Of a DNA stretch of 64,000 nt, positions 1 through 12,217 are shown in pieces (positions within the stretch are counted from its first letter, which is position 1; the number at the start of each line of letters is the position of its first letter). The translations under genes were made by a program, and so were the position numbers. The DNA comes from Mobula birostris (taxonomy: Eukaryota). The stretch lies in NCBI RefSeq assembly GCF_030028105.1, contig NC_092374.1:186156638-186220637 (forward strand), given 5' to 3'. The notes beneath the pieces are model-generated. The model saw only the letters and a program-made list of their open reading frames with translations. It did not search any database and was not told the origin of the DNA.

Positions 1-3000
1 GGGGGTGTACGGCACCAACCTCATCAACGGCAAGCAGACATCCCCTGTAGAGAAACACACAAAATGGGTGGTTCTCTGATCTTGGCAATTTATTTGCAAA
101 CGTTTCGTCACTATATGCGGATATATCATTAGTGCGCTGTTAACTTGTGGTGTGTCCTTCTTCTGACTTTTAATGGCAGTTGGCAATCCAATTTAAGGTT
201 CATTACAGCCACCAACGGGACTGGATTGTGATGTGGAGATTTGGGAAATAAAACCCAACTAGTTCTTTATCAACTGAAAACTAAATGACCCCAAAATGCC
301 CTATAGATTGTAAATAATGAAAGTCAATATTGTGAATTGAATTAAAAATCACTTCCATAACTTAATAAAGTTTTTAGATAAAAACAGTCAACCCCCAAAG
401 CTAGAAACGCAGCCTGCACTTGCTTTCTTTCAACCTTGTTTGTAAAAGAATGTGTTCAATTGTTGTTTCATAATGGTGATAAAACCTACACACCCCTCTG
501 AAGGGTCTTGGCCTGAAATAGCGACTGTACTCTTTTCCATAGATGCTGCCTGGCCTGCTGAGTTCCTCCAGCGTGTTGTGTGTGCTGCACCACAGAGTGC
601 TGTTTCCAACAAGATAAAAGGAATAATTAAGTATTGTATGCCTAAGTCAAGTCAATATAATTCCTTCCCTTGTCTTGCCCCCCTCTCCCATCAACCCAAT
701 AGTTTTGTGTATTCTGTAAAGGTCTCTCCCCTTATGCCCATTATCCCACAAGTTTTGCCATAATCCCCTAATTCTTAGCCCCACCAACCCCTTAGCTTCG
801 AATTTGCTAAGTGGAAGGTCTCTATCCGCAGATGAACTTTTAACAGCTTTTTTGGCCAAACAACAACCCCGTTCATTCTGCTCGACATCTCTATCTATGT
901 GCAGGGACCCACAAGCAGCAGGCATCAACACCAATACCTTGCATATGAAACAAAGTGTGAAGAGCTTCCAGCAGTAAGTCTGACCTACTGCTAGAAGGAC
1001 CTGTTTTAAGACTAGTCAAAACTGAAAAAGAATCTGAACTAATTATAACTCACAAGGGCAGATTTCCCCCACCCACTGTAAGCCCATAATGACGACAACC
1101 AGCTCTACAGTATATACTGATAAATGGCCAGTAAAACATTTCTTTATTGTTACCTGTAATGCAGGCACAAAAACAGCCACACCAACATTCCCTGTTAAAT
1201 CAGTAAAAATGGTTAACATAAACAATAAATTTCCTTAACACTCAGGTATATCAAGACCTTTGGACTTCATTAAATAATGCAACATAAAATAAACTAAAGC
1301 CATTGGAAAAAAAACACAGCGGGGTTACCGGAAAAAAAAACTGCACTGGGACATATTGTGTAATCCAACAATCCCATTTTCCTAGTGTGATGAAAAACAT
1401 GCTTCTTGTGGTGTTCTCAACAGTCCTCAAACATTTTTAACAGGGTGATCATTCCTTTGCCCCCTCAAATTAATCCAGTATGTTAACAACAGCTTCAACC
1501 TCCTCAGCTGTAAGGATAATTGTCCCATTTCAACCAGTAAAGCTGCCTTTCCACACCACAACACAGTCTTAAAACCCATGCTTGTATCACATCCAAACAT
1601 TTTAAATTTGAAGATGAAGCTGATCCATAAGCCACACAGCCATAATCAAGTACAGATCTAATTAAACAAATATAAATGGTCAGAGATTTTCGTGCAGCAG
1701 CCCAAGAATACCCACAGACACCCAAGGATATTTAACGCCCCTTTACATTTGTCAATTATCTTACTGATACGGTGCTTCTTTGTTAGCTATATCCACCCAC
1801 ATGCTGAGAAATCAGCACTGACACTTCAAGAGTTTACCATATAATTTCAAGTTAAGTGCAGGTCTATTGATCCTCTTTGTAAAACACACAACTTGTGTTT
1901 TAGCTACTGAAAGCTTAAAGCCCCATCTATTTGCCCACTGTTCGACCTTATTAATCACTAATTTCATCCTATATACAGCTAAATTGAAATTACCACCTCT
2001 GATCCATAAAGCTCTATCATCTGCAAAGAGTGATTTACCCACCCCAGTATCACTTTCAGAGAAAATATCATTAATCGTAATACAAATTCTGCCTTTTGGG
2101 GCCCCATTCTCCATCTCATAGAAGACCTTAGCCTACTCTTACCTGCATAGACCGTCCAAATAAAAACTCAAAAAATTATATAGCCTTCCTCTCACTCCTA
2201 ATTTCCATAATTTAATCAAAAGACCCTCCCTTCATAAAATATCATATTCTTTTTCTATATAAAAATACTACTATTGCAACTTCTTTATTTAACTCTGCTT
2301 TCCTAATATCTTCCAAACAAAACAACTCGGTGTCATTCTCCCTTTCTGAAATCCATTCTGATAAAATGCTATATCACTTCTTTTTCAGAAATATAATTCA
2401 ACCCCTCTATTACTATATCTTTCATAAGTTTACACAAATGGGGCATTAGTGATATTGGTCTATATCTAGAAGGATCTGACAGGGTGTTCCAGGTTTTAGA
2501 ATAGGCAATACCACTACCAATTTCAATGGGGGTCGGGGGAAGAAGATGACCTAAACTCCAAATAAGATTCAAACATTTTAATATTATCTCAAGAGAGTTG
2601 TCAGCCATATGTTTAAACATGCAATAACACGTCATCCTTTCCTGGACAAACAAGAGAAAATCTGCAGACGCTGGAAATCCAAGCAACACAGTTGATGTTC
2701 CGGGCTGAAACCCCTGTTGCTCATCCTTCCCTGGAGCCTTCATACCTGTACCATTAATAGCTTTCTTAAATTCACACAAAGAAAACTACATCACTAATAC
2801 TATCATTGCTACAGCTGGCTTCCATCACATCAGGGTATTCACTAAGAAACTTATCCTACATAGTCGAGCCTCCTCACTTACATTATCTTGATCATGAATT
2901 GCAGTAAATGACCAAGCCAGTAACTCAACCTTTTCTTTCAGTAACAATTGTATCAGCTTCTTTAATCAATACTGGAATGTTATTAGCCCTATTAATCCCC

Positions 3001-4099
3001 AAACATCTTCAAGTTTTATACCCCTTCCAATTCTATCATAATATGACATCCAGTAAGCCTTCACTCTTAAAAAGGTCACTCTCGGAGAGTGATACTTCTT
3101 AATTTTCTCAAATGACTTATTTCTCTCCCCAATTGACTCTGCACACTCCTCAGTCCGCCATGGTATAGCTGTTCTCCCATTAATGCCCTTTCTAATAGGA
3201 ATCACTTCCACCGCAGTTTGATGAATAATATGACACGACCTTTCATTACAGAAATCCACATCATCCTCAACATTCAGCCCTGACAGATGTTCATCACATA
3301 AAACCTTAAACTTCTCCCAATTTCCTTTACCAAAATTCCACCTCCTACAACTGGTTTTCTGTTCCCTATATAGATCCAAACACAAGCCTATAAATATTGG
3401 AAAATAATCACTCCTCAATGTTTAATCTTCCATTACATCCCACTCACTCACTCACGCCAGAATGTTCAAAACTAAAGTTAAATCTACGGCAGCTTCAAAA
3501 CTATTATGAATATTAAATCTCATACCCCTCCCATCAGTAACACACAAGATGTGAAATATCTAAAAATTTTTCTACAATCAAACCATTACCATCATTCTGC
3601 AAACAACCCCACAGTGGACTATGTGCATTAAAATCCCCACACCATACAACCCTTAGCCAGAGCTACATAAGCTTTCCAGGAATTCAATCAAGCGCTTTCC
3701 ACAAGGGTGTAAAAATTTACCACTTTCATTCCCCTACCTGTTGAATCAAATACTTCTACTACAAGTGCCTCATATACTTCATTTACATCCACAACTCTGT
3801 TCTATCCCCTTCCTTATACAACTTGCAAAACCACACCCTCTACCAACTAATCTATCATGCCCGATTACAATATAATCCTGCAAGGAAAAACTTGAATGTA
3901 AACAACCAGGTTTCTTGAATACATATAATATCAGCTGGATTTGTTTAAATCAGAAGTAAACTTCTTAAAGTCTTGACCATTAGAAACCAGGCTTCTCACA
4001 TTCTATTGCAATAACCTTATAACCATTATGTACCTTCACAAGGAGACTGAAATACAGACACTCCAACCATCAGAGCTTCATTTACAGCTTCCCACACAA

Positions 4100-4455
4100 C
4101 ATAGAAACATAGAAAACCTACAGCACAACACAGGCCCTTCAGCCCACAAAGTTGTGCCGAATATGTCCCTACCTTAGAAATTATTAGGCTTACCTATAGC
4201 CCTCTATTTATCTAAGCTCCATGTACCTATCTAAAAGTCTCTTAAAAGACCCTATTGTATCTGCTTCCACCACCGTTGCCTGCAGCCCATTCCATACACT
4301 CACCACTCTCTGAGTAAAAAACTTACCCCTGACGTCTCTTCTGTACCTACTCCCCAGCACATTAAACCCGTGTCCTCTTGTGGCAACCATTTCAGCCCTG
4401 GGAAAAAGCCTCTGACTATCCACACAATCAATGCCTCTAATCATCTTATACACCT
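4100..4455 (-). mobile_element. CR1/HER1-like LINE 3' end nested in the Nimb-like element
   Basis: YKMIRGIDCVDSQRLFPRAEMVATRGHGFNV...FFTQRVVSVWNGL is a CR1 ORF2 C-terminus, followed by a (ctatgttt)n-type tail. Confidence 0.9.
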
Positions 4456-4616
4456 CTGTCAGCAGCTGTACTCAGATACTTTTCATCAGCTTTCACAATA
4501 ATTTTAATTTTCTCAGTACGACTAGATGTCTGAGCAGTACAATTCATCATATCCATTATAAACATTACAAATTGCATTTTATCAACCAGTAAAGTATCTT
4601 TAGTAAGAGAAGTATG

Positions 4617-5843
4617 TGCCGACCCCTTCTCCTTCTCCTTCTTGCAATTCCTCCATCTCCATCTCCGCCGCATCTGCTCTCAGGATGAGGCTTTTCATTC
4701 CAGGACAAGGGAGATGTCCTTCTTTTTTAAAGAAAAGGGCTTCCCTTCCTCCACCATCAACTCTGCTATCAAACGCATCTCCCCCATTTCACACACATCT
4801 GCTCTCACTCCATCCTCCCACCATCCCACTAGGAATAGGGTTCCCCTGGTCCTCACCTACCACCAGCCTCTGGGTCCAACATATTATTCTCTGTAACTTC
4901 CGCCACCTCCAGCAGGATCCCACCACTAAGCACATCTTTCCCTCCCCCCCCCCCCCGCTTTCCACAGGGATTGCTCCCTACGCGACTCCCTTGTCCATTC
5001 GTCGCCCCCATTCCTCCCTACTGATCTCCCTCCTGGCACTTATCCTTGTAAGCGGAAAAAGTGCTACACATGCCCTTACACTTCCTCCCTTACCACCATT
5101 CAGGGCCCCAGACAGTCCTTCCAGGTGAGGCAACACTTCACCTGTGAGTCGGCTGGGGTGATATACTGCGTCCGGTGCTCCCGATGTGGCCTTCTATATA
5201 TTGCCGAGACCTGACGCAGACTGGGAGACTGCTTGCTGAACACCTACGCTCTGTCCGCCAGAGAAAGCAGGATCTCCCAGTGGCCACACATTTTAATTCC
5301 ACATCCCATTCCCATTCTGACATGTCTATCCACGGCCTCCTCTACTGTAAAGATGAAGCCACACTCAGGTTGGAGGAACAACACCTTATATTCCGTCTGG
5401 GTAGCCTCCAACCTGATGGCATGAACATTGACTTCTCTAACTTCTGCTAATGCCCCACCTCCCCCTCGTACCCCATCCATTATTTATATACACACATTCT
5501 TTCTCTCACTCTCCTTTTTCTCCCTCTGTCCCTCTGACTATACCCCTTGCCCAAACTCTGGGTCCCCCCCCCCCTTGTCTTTCTCCCTGGGCCTCCTGTC
5601 CCATGATCCTCTCATATCCACTTTGCCGATCAACTGTCCAGCTCTTGGCTCCATTCCTCCTCCTCCTGTCTTCTCCTATCATTTTGGATCTCCCCCTCCC
5701 CCTCCCACTTTCAAATCTCTTACTAACTCTTCCTTCAGTTAGTCCTGACGAAGGGTCTCGGCCTGAAACGTCGACTGTACCTCTTCCTAGAGATGCTGCC
5801 TGGCCTGCTGCATTCACCAGCAACTTTGGTGTGTGTTGCCGAC
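4617..5843 (+). mobile_element. 5'-truncated Penelope-like element: RT C-terminus, GIY-YIG endonuclease and pseudo-LTR with hammerhead ribozyme
   Basis: LRRICSQDEAFHSR, RVPLVLTYH, CxxCP, VIYCVRCSRCGLLYIAET, VATHFNSTSH, LEEQHLIFRLGSLQPDGMNIDF*. 7-bp duplication tgccgac at 4617-4623 and 5837-5843. Confidence 0.9.
5741..5776 (+). ncRNA. Type I minimal hammerhead ribozyme with intact core
   Basis: agtc-CTGACGA-aggGTCTCGGcct-GAAAC-GTC-gact: stem I agtc/gact, stem II agg/cct, palindromic stem III ACGT. Predicted cleavage after C5772. Confidence 0.8.
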
Positions 5844-6910
5844 ATATACCCTCTGACTCCACATTCTGTTCTCTGGCTGACAACACTTTATCAACATTTG
5901 GTTTAACTTTTTGCAAGGCCTCTGCATAAGACACATTCAACTGTACTTTAACCTGTTGAACTTCAGCTGCCTTCTTAAGGATTTAATATCCTCTATAAGC
6001 TGCACTATGTTCTCCTCCACAAATACATTTAAACTTTACACCTTCACAATCTTCATATTTATGTTCCCCACCACACTAACTACACCTTAGTTTCCCACAG
6101 CATACTGCCGCAACATGCCCAGACCTCTGACATTTGTAACATCTAAGCAGGCGTGGAATACAAGCTCATACATTATGACTAGCATACCCCAAACTTTAGC
6201 AGGGAGCTTCACTTCCTGATATCAACATAGATAAACTATCCATCCATTCTTTCCCCATTTCTGACTACTTGCAATCTCTTTACCATCTTAACCCTGCCTC
6301 CCAATAGATGAGATTTCACCTCTTCTATCGAAATTTCCACAGGAACACCCGTTATAATACCCCTAATACCTCTCTTTCTTTTCATGAGGCAACATAGACA
6401 TTTTTTTTACCAAGTAACGTTTTCAATCGTAACGCCTTCTCACACTGTTTTTTCTTTTGTTATCCTTACAAACGATTAACCTAGTCCCTCCTCTAAAAGT
6501 ACGAGTACAATCTATCTTCCCTTATGGCCGGTTTTAATTCTGTAGTTAATTTCATGGAATTGATAGAGGGCGGCTGTTCCGGGTCAAATTTAAACACTAA
6601 CTTGAAGTCTTCTTTCCTATTTTCCCCCAAATATCCCGCCTTTCCTCTCTATCACTTGGAATCATTCCAATTATTGTGTGTCTTTTTTTCCGTTTTCCAG
6701 ATCTAGATTCAACTTCACTCCAAACCCCTGCCGCCAATCCGCACTCACCTGAACCCTCCATTTGCGATTGCTTTTCCATATCCTCCCCGCTACCGGAAAC
6801 TACACTATCTCCCAACATCCCCACGCCATTCACAGCCAGCACCACCAACGACCACTCCTCGAGTCAAACCAGAACCAGCAGTTCAAGCCTTGCAGTGTGT
6901 CGTCTGAATG

Positions 6911-6950
6911 CTTCGCCTTTATATACTTATCAATCAGCTGATTGGTCGTC
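6911..6950 (-). promoter_or_regulatory. TATA plus CCAAT promoter-like motif upstream of the Nimb-like ORF1
   Basis: - strand reads gacCAATCAGCTGATTGataagTATATAAAGgcgaagcattcag. Confidence 0.4.
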
Positions 6951-8454
6951 ATTACGGAAAGTCAGTTGTGATGTAGAAAGATCTCATCGCGGATTGCTTT
7001 ATAATTATGTAAACACCAAACATTGGGAGGACACACCACAATTTTACAGCGCACTGATGATGTTTCCTGGTATGGCGATGAAGCCTTTGGAAGTGATTTG
7101 CCAAGATCGGAAAACAACTCAACCCAACCGTTAACCACGCGAGCTACACTTTTCTGAATTATTTCCGACACACAAAATGCTGGAGGAACTCGGCGGGTCA
7201 GTCAGTGTCTATGGATATGAGTAAACAGTCGGTGTTTCGGACCGAGACCCTTCATCAGGACTGGAGAGAGTTAACGCCAATGAGAAGGTCCGAACCGATC
7301 GCATGACAATTCTCCCTTCTGTCGAAACTTGAGGGTCATTCTACTTAAACGAATGAAGTAAAGTGGGGATACTAAGTGCGGCCAGCTGCTTCGTTCAGCT
7401 CTGCTCGATATGATCAGTGAAATATTTCATGTTCAATCAGTAATGTATCTGCCGGGGGGATTCCAGAGTCGAAACGCTGCTTCAGGACTGATAGTGAAGA
7501 GTGGAGAAAGTCGGTATAAGGACGGGAGGGACAGAGGACAGACAGGAGTCCGGGCGGGGGGTGGGGGGTGGGAGTTGATAGAGTGGGGAAGGTTGAAAGA
7601 TGACGGGAAGTATGCGTCAGAAAGGGGAGGGGAGCAGGGAGGAGTTGAGAGACTGACTGGTGCATGATAGATGGAGGCAGGTAAAAAGTGGATCTAATTG
7701 GGAAGAGGATGAGGGTGAAGACTGGAAACACCAATTGGAGAGAGATAAATAGGAATACAAAGGCTACCAGTGCCGGACTCCACTACCAGGAACCATTGGG
7801 GGAGAGGTAGTACCAATGTTTCACGTGACACAGACCATGCCAACCCACCCAAGTGCCCAGTCTGCGTCCCTGGTCACTCTGACCTCTGAGAGCCAGGATC
7901 CAGCCCTCTACAACTCAGCCCCCACCCTCATGTGCAACTCTGGCCCACAGTGCAGTCCCCAATCTCTACAATCAATTTCACCCCACAAATTGCCACCTCT
8001 ACGAAACCCAACCAAAAGCTGGCCTACTTGTAGAAGATCTCCACCCCATCATCCTGTACGTATCTTCTGTAACAGTCCCTTTCTCCTCCCAAGCACCTTG
8101 CTCCCTCTTCCACCCCTCACTGCGGCTAGTAGCATTTCCCTATCCACAGATGAGAAACTCCTTGGCATGTTTTACCTTGTTAAATATTTTATAAATGTAA
8201 CATGTTTGAGTTGGACTTTGAGGAAGCAATGTTCATTAAGAAATTTCCTAATCTTTCTTCAGAAAACACAATACCACCTCTAGTTTAAATACCTACCCCA
8301 CCACCACCACCACCACCAACAACAAAAACAATAACCTACATGCTACCAGACAATGAAGTGAATTCTCCTCTCTTTTACGCAACCCGAGTTGACGCCGCTG
8401 TAATAACCCAGGTATCCGGGACTAACCTGCGGTCAGGAGAGGGCCGCTGACAGT

Positions 8455-9720
8455 AAGACTATTAGACCACAAGATATTGAGCAGAATTAGGCCATTTGGC
8501 CCATCGACTCTGCTTCACTATTTCATCATAGCTGAACCATTTTTCCTCTCAACCCCAACCAGCTGCCTTCTTCCCGTTTTCCTTCATGCCTTGACTGATC
8601 AAGAATCTGTCAACCTCTTCCTTAAATATATATAAAGTCTTGTCCCCCACAGCTGCCTGGGGCAAAGAATTTCACAGATCCTGGCTAAAGAAATTCCTCC
8701 TCATCTCCATTCTAAAAGGATACCCCTCCTGTCTGAGGCTGTGTCCTCTGGGCTTACACTCTCCCACCATAGGAAATATCCTCTCCACAGCCACTCTGTC
8801 AAGGCCCTTCACCATTCGATAGGTTTCCATGAGGACACCCCACATTTTTCTGAATTCTTGTGAATATGGGCCCAGAGCCATCAAACGTTTTTCATATGAC
8901 AAGCCATTGAATCCTGGAATCAATTTCCCAAACCTCTTTTGAACCCTCTCCAGTTTCAGCATATCCTTTCTAAGATAAGGGGCCCAAACCTGCTCACAAT
9001 ACTCCAAGTGGGGCCTCACCAGTGCTTCATAAAGTCTCAACATTACATCCTTGCTTTTATATCCCAGACCTCTTGAAATGAATGCTAACATTGCATTTGC
9101 ATTCCTCACCACAGACTCGACCTGTAAATTAACCTTTAGGGAATCCTGCACAAGTCCCTTTGCACCTCAGCTGTTTTTTGTATTCTCTCTCCAATTTGAA
9201 AATAGTCAACCCTTTCATTTCTTCTACCAAAGTTCATGACCATACTCTCTCCAATACTGTATTCCATCTGCCATTTCATTGCCCATTCTTCTAATGTGTC
9301 CAAGTCCTTCTGTAGTCTCTCTACTTCCTCAAAACTACCTGCCCCTCCACATACCTTCATATCGTCTGCAAGCTTTGCAATGAATTCGTCAATTCCATCA
9401 TCCAACTCATTGATATTAGACGTAAAAAGAATTGGTCCCAACACAGACACCCTTGGAACACCCTAGTCACCGACAGCCACCAGAAAAGGCTCATTTTATT
9501 CCCACTCTTTGTCTCCTGCCAACCAGTCACTGCTTTATCCACGCTAGAATCTTTCCTGTAATACCAAGGGGTGGTAGCTTGTTAAGCGGCTTCATGTATG
9601 GCACTTAGTCAAAGGCCTTCTGAAAATCCAAGTATACAACATCCACCGATTCTATCCTGCTCGTTATTTCTTCAAAGAATTCCGACAGATTTGTCCCGCA
9701 AGATTTTCCATTAAGGAAAC
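8455..9720 (-). mobile_element. CR1-type LINE 3' half (RT and C-terminal region), decayed
   Basis: SVLGPILF...IAKLADDMK, LVRPHLEYCEQVWAPYLRKD, RGHSLR motifs and a CR1 3' tail. Confidence 0.9.
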
Positions 9721-11027
9721 AATAGAATCAGAATTTATTCGCAAATTGTGCCCAGTTGCGACTCAACTTGTCCAATATACCGACTCTATGTTGGCAGTAA
9801 TATCACTCAACTTACTGAAGCATTTGTCCGGAAGTGTCTATGTGGTTCGTTAATAAGTAAAACGGTGTATGCACTGGAGTTGAATCCAGGCGCTAATTTT
9901 GGAGCAGGAGATAGCGGGCGTTTTGGTGGAGATAAATTTCGATCCCATTTTTTCCGTCGGTATTTCAAATTTCACATTCATTCTCTCACTGGCATCAAGC
10001 ATGCATAGCTGTTTCTGGCGACGATCAGAGCACAGTTTCAGATACTGTACTGGAGAAGCAGTTAACCGCAAGCAACGCTCCACGCCTTCTCGGGACCAGT
10101 TAATGCAGCCTTGTAGTAAGTAGGTCATGCTCGCAGGAAGAAGCTTGACCTCTACAGTGGCCGACGTCCGTCCCAATCTGCTTGGAGGAAAGATTGGCTG
10201 CTTCGAGGTTGTAGAACAAATGTTTAATCCTTCGAGCTAGATCGCAAGGTTCTCTACCGATTCCATCGAAATTCCTTCAAGTCTGTGCTTCGTTCTCGTT
10301 ATCCAGATTTCTTTTGAGCTGAATGGTGAGAGATGCGCAGACTGGAACTTGCGAAACTCTTCACGGGGGTAAAAAAAAAAACATGATCTTTTGCAAAGAT
10401 AGTACATCCCTGGCCTGAGCTGAACAACAGCAGTATCATTTCCTATAGTGGGACCAGAGGGCACAACCTCAGAATAGATAGACGTCCCTTTAGAACAGAA
10501 ATGAGAAGTAATTTCTTCAGCCAGTGAATTTATGGTATTTATTGCCACAGACGGCTTGGAGGCCAAGTCATGGTATATATTTAAAGTGGAGTTGCTATGT
10601 TCTTGATTTAGTAAGAGTGTCAAAGGTTACAGAGAGAAGGCAGGAGAATGGGGTTGTGAGGGAGCCATCATAGAATGGGCCGAATGGCCTAATTCTGCTC
10701 CCATCTCTTATGGAGACTGCAGAGAGAAACAAGAGACGGCAAATGCTGGAACCTGGAGTAACACACAAACTGCTGGAGGAATTCAGTCCATTGTCCATTG
10801 CCCTCTGGAGACCTGCTGAGTTCCTCCAGAGCTTTCAGACCATAAAAACATAGGAGCAGAGTTAGGCCATTCGGTCCATCGATCTGCTGCGCCATTGCAT
10901 CATGGACGATTTATTATCCCTCTCAATCCCGCTCCCCTTCCTTCACCCTTTGTGCGTGGCTCGCTTCACACAGACGCGGCTGCGCTGCTGAGTGTTTTCA
11001 GCGTTGTCTGTTTTGATTCTTGTCAAC

Positions 11028-11096
11028 ATGGTGGAGTGTAACAAGATTACGGGGCATCGCGCTGGTGTGTACTTTCCTCCGGAGTGTCTCAGGGCG
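11028..11096 (+). CDS. Possible first coding exon of the Ig-receptor gene (MVECNKITGHRAGVYFPPECLRA), or a 5' UTR exon with an upstream ATG
   Basis: ATG in strong Kozak context (gtcaacATGG) and consensus donor GCG|gtgagt at 11097. It ends in phase 0 and is in frame with the next exon and its ATG at 11512. Lies in a CpG-rich region. Confidence 0.45.
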
Positions 11097-11490
11097 GTGA
11101 GTCGACGGATGGTCCGCTTATCGGCTTGCTCCGCCGGGGGAGGTGTGAATGCTCAGCTCCTCAGTCCAATACGCAGCTGTCACTGCCGCCAGACTCTGAT
11201 CACCACCCATTGGTCCTCTCAAGCACCACCTTCACTCATCTACCGACTACTCCCCCGTCGGTCTGTTTTTAACTCTTCAAACGGGTACCAGGATTATTGC
11301 CCCGTCCTGATGAAGGGTCTCACTGTTGATTCATGTCCATAAGATGCGGCCTGACCTGCAGAGTTCCTCCAGCATTTTGACTGTGTTGTTAATGGTAGGT
11401 TGTTGAGACAGGAATCTCACCCGCTCCCTGTACCCGAGACTGGATGAGCATCAGTACGGAAAACTCCGTGAACTCAACGTCCCTCCGCAG

Positions 11491-11578
11491 TTTAACACAT
11501 CCCGCAGCACCATGCGGTCCACAGAGGCTCCTGGAGTGTGCGGTCTCGCTATTTTCGTTTACATCTCAACAATTACCG
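11491..11578 (+). CDS. Leader/signal-peptide exon (MRSTEAPGVCGLAIFVYISTIT-A)
   Basis: Acceptor ccctccgcag| at 11490, cagcaccATG at 11512, hydrophobic core GLAIFVYISTIT, and a phase-1 donor ACCG|gtgaga that matches the phase-1 V exon. Confidence 0.8.
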
Positions 11579-12217
11579 GTGAGATTCTCCGCGGTTAATG
11601 ATCGGAATTCTGTGTTGTAGTGGTTATTTAGGATGCAAGCATGTTAGACGAATTATTTGGGATAACCCGTCGGTTCCACATGCCGTTCAGGAAAGTTGAT
11701 CTGTAACTGTCTCAGTTCAGACCTCGGGTTCGTGTAAACAACATGACGACTGAGCGGCCGACCTGGAAAGCCGGCAGCGACTCGATGGGCCGATCTATTC
11801 CTGTGCTGTCTGATTCGAATCAGTATCGCTGCTGGCCGAACCAGAACTCTTCGAGATCACTTAAGGCCGATTTTCCCCGGGTTGGTCCCGGTCTTGTTCC
11901 ACAACCTCCCAACCCCGGCGCTGTCCACCAGTCAGTGTATAACGGTGACGGGAAGGTACAGAACTACCGCTCTGGTTGGTCCTTCCCGGGGACAGGTGGG
12001 TTGTAGCAGTGGATGCCCCGGATAGGGGGTGATGTTTGGAGAACTCAGTGGCTCTCAGATCTCTCATTACACCCAAGAACTTCGCGCGGTGGTGAGATGC
12101 GTGAAACACGGACAAAGTTTATTTCAGTTAGTTACATTCTGCAGCCCCAACAATACTTGTGTTTACTGTTTAAATGTCGCCACTTTATATTATAACAATC
12201 CCCATCTCCACCTTTAG

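Larger units (their letters stand above)
600..6860 (-). mobile_element. Decayed, near full-length I-group (Nimb-like) LINE: gag-like ORF1 with CCHC knuckles; ORF2 with APE endonuclease, RT and RNase H
   Basis: - strand translations: RCYKCQRSGHVAAVC and CxxCGGEH knuckles (about 6000-6150); MVIRLLQ*NVRSLVSNGQDFKK (APE start, about 4025); YRPISL; SLFADDRALW (RT); VLDYGCVAYGSAS; IFTD...GVAVF...SVYTVEL and WVPAHI...NER...LAKKA (RNase H). Many stops and frameshifts. Confidence 0.85.

Noticed and set aside
12013-12091. Alternative phase-1 leader exon MPRIGGDVWRTQWLSDLSLHPRTSRG with a gtgaga donor
   Set aside because: No hydrophobic core; the 11512 leader fits much better. Minor use cannot be excluded.
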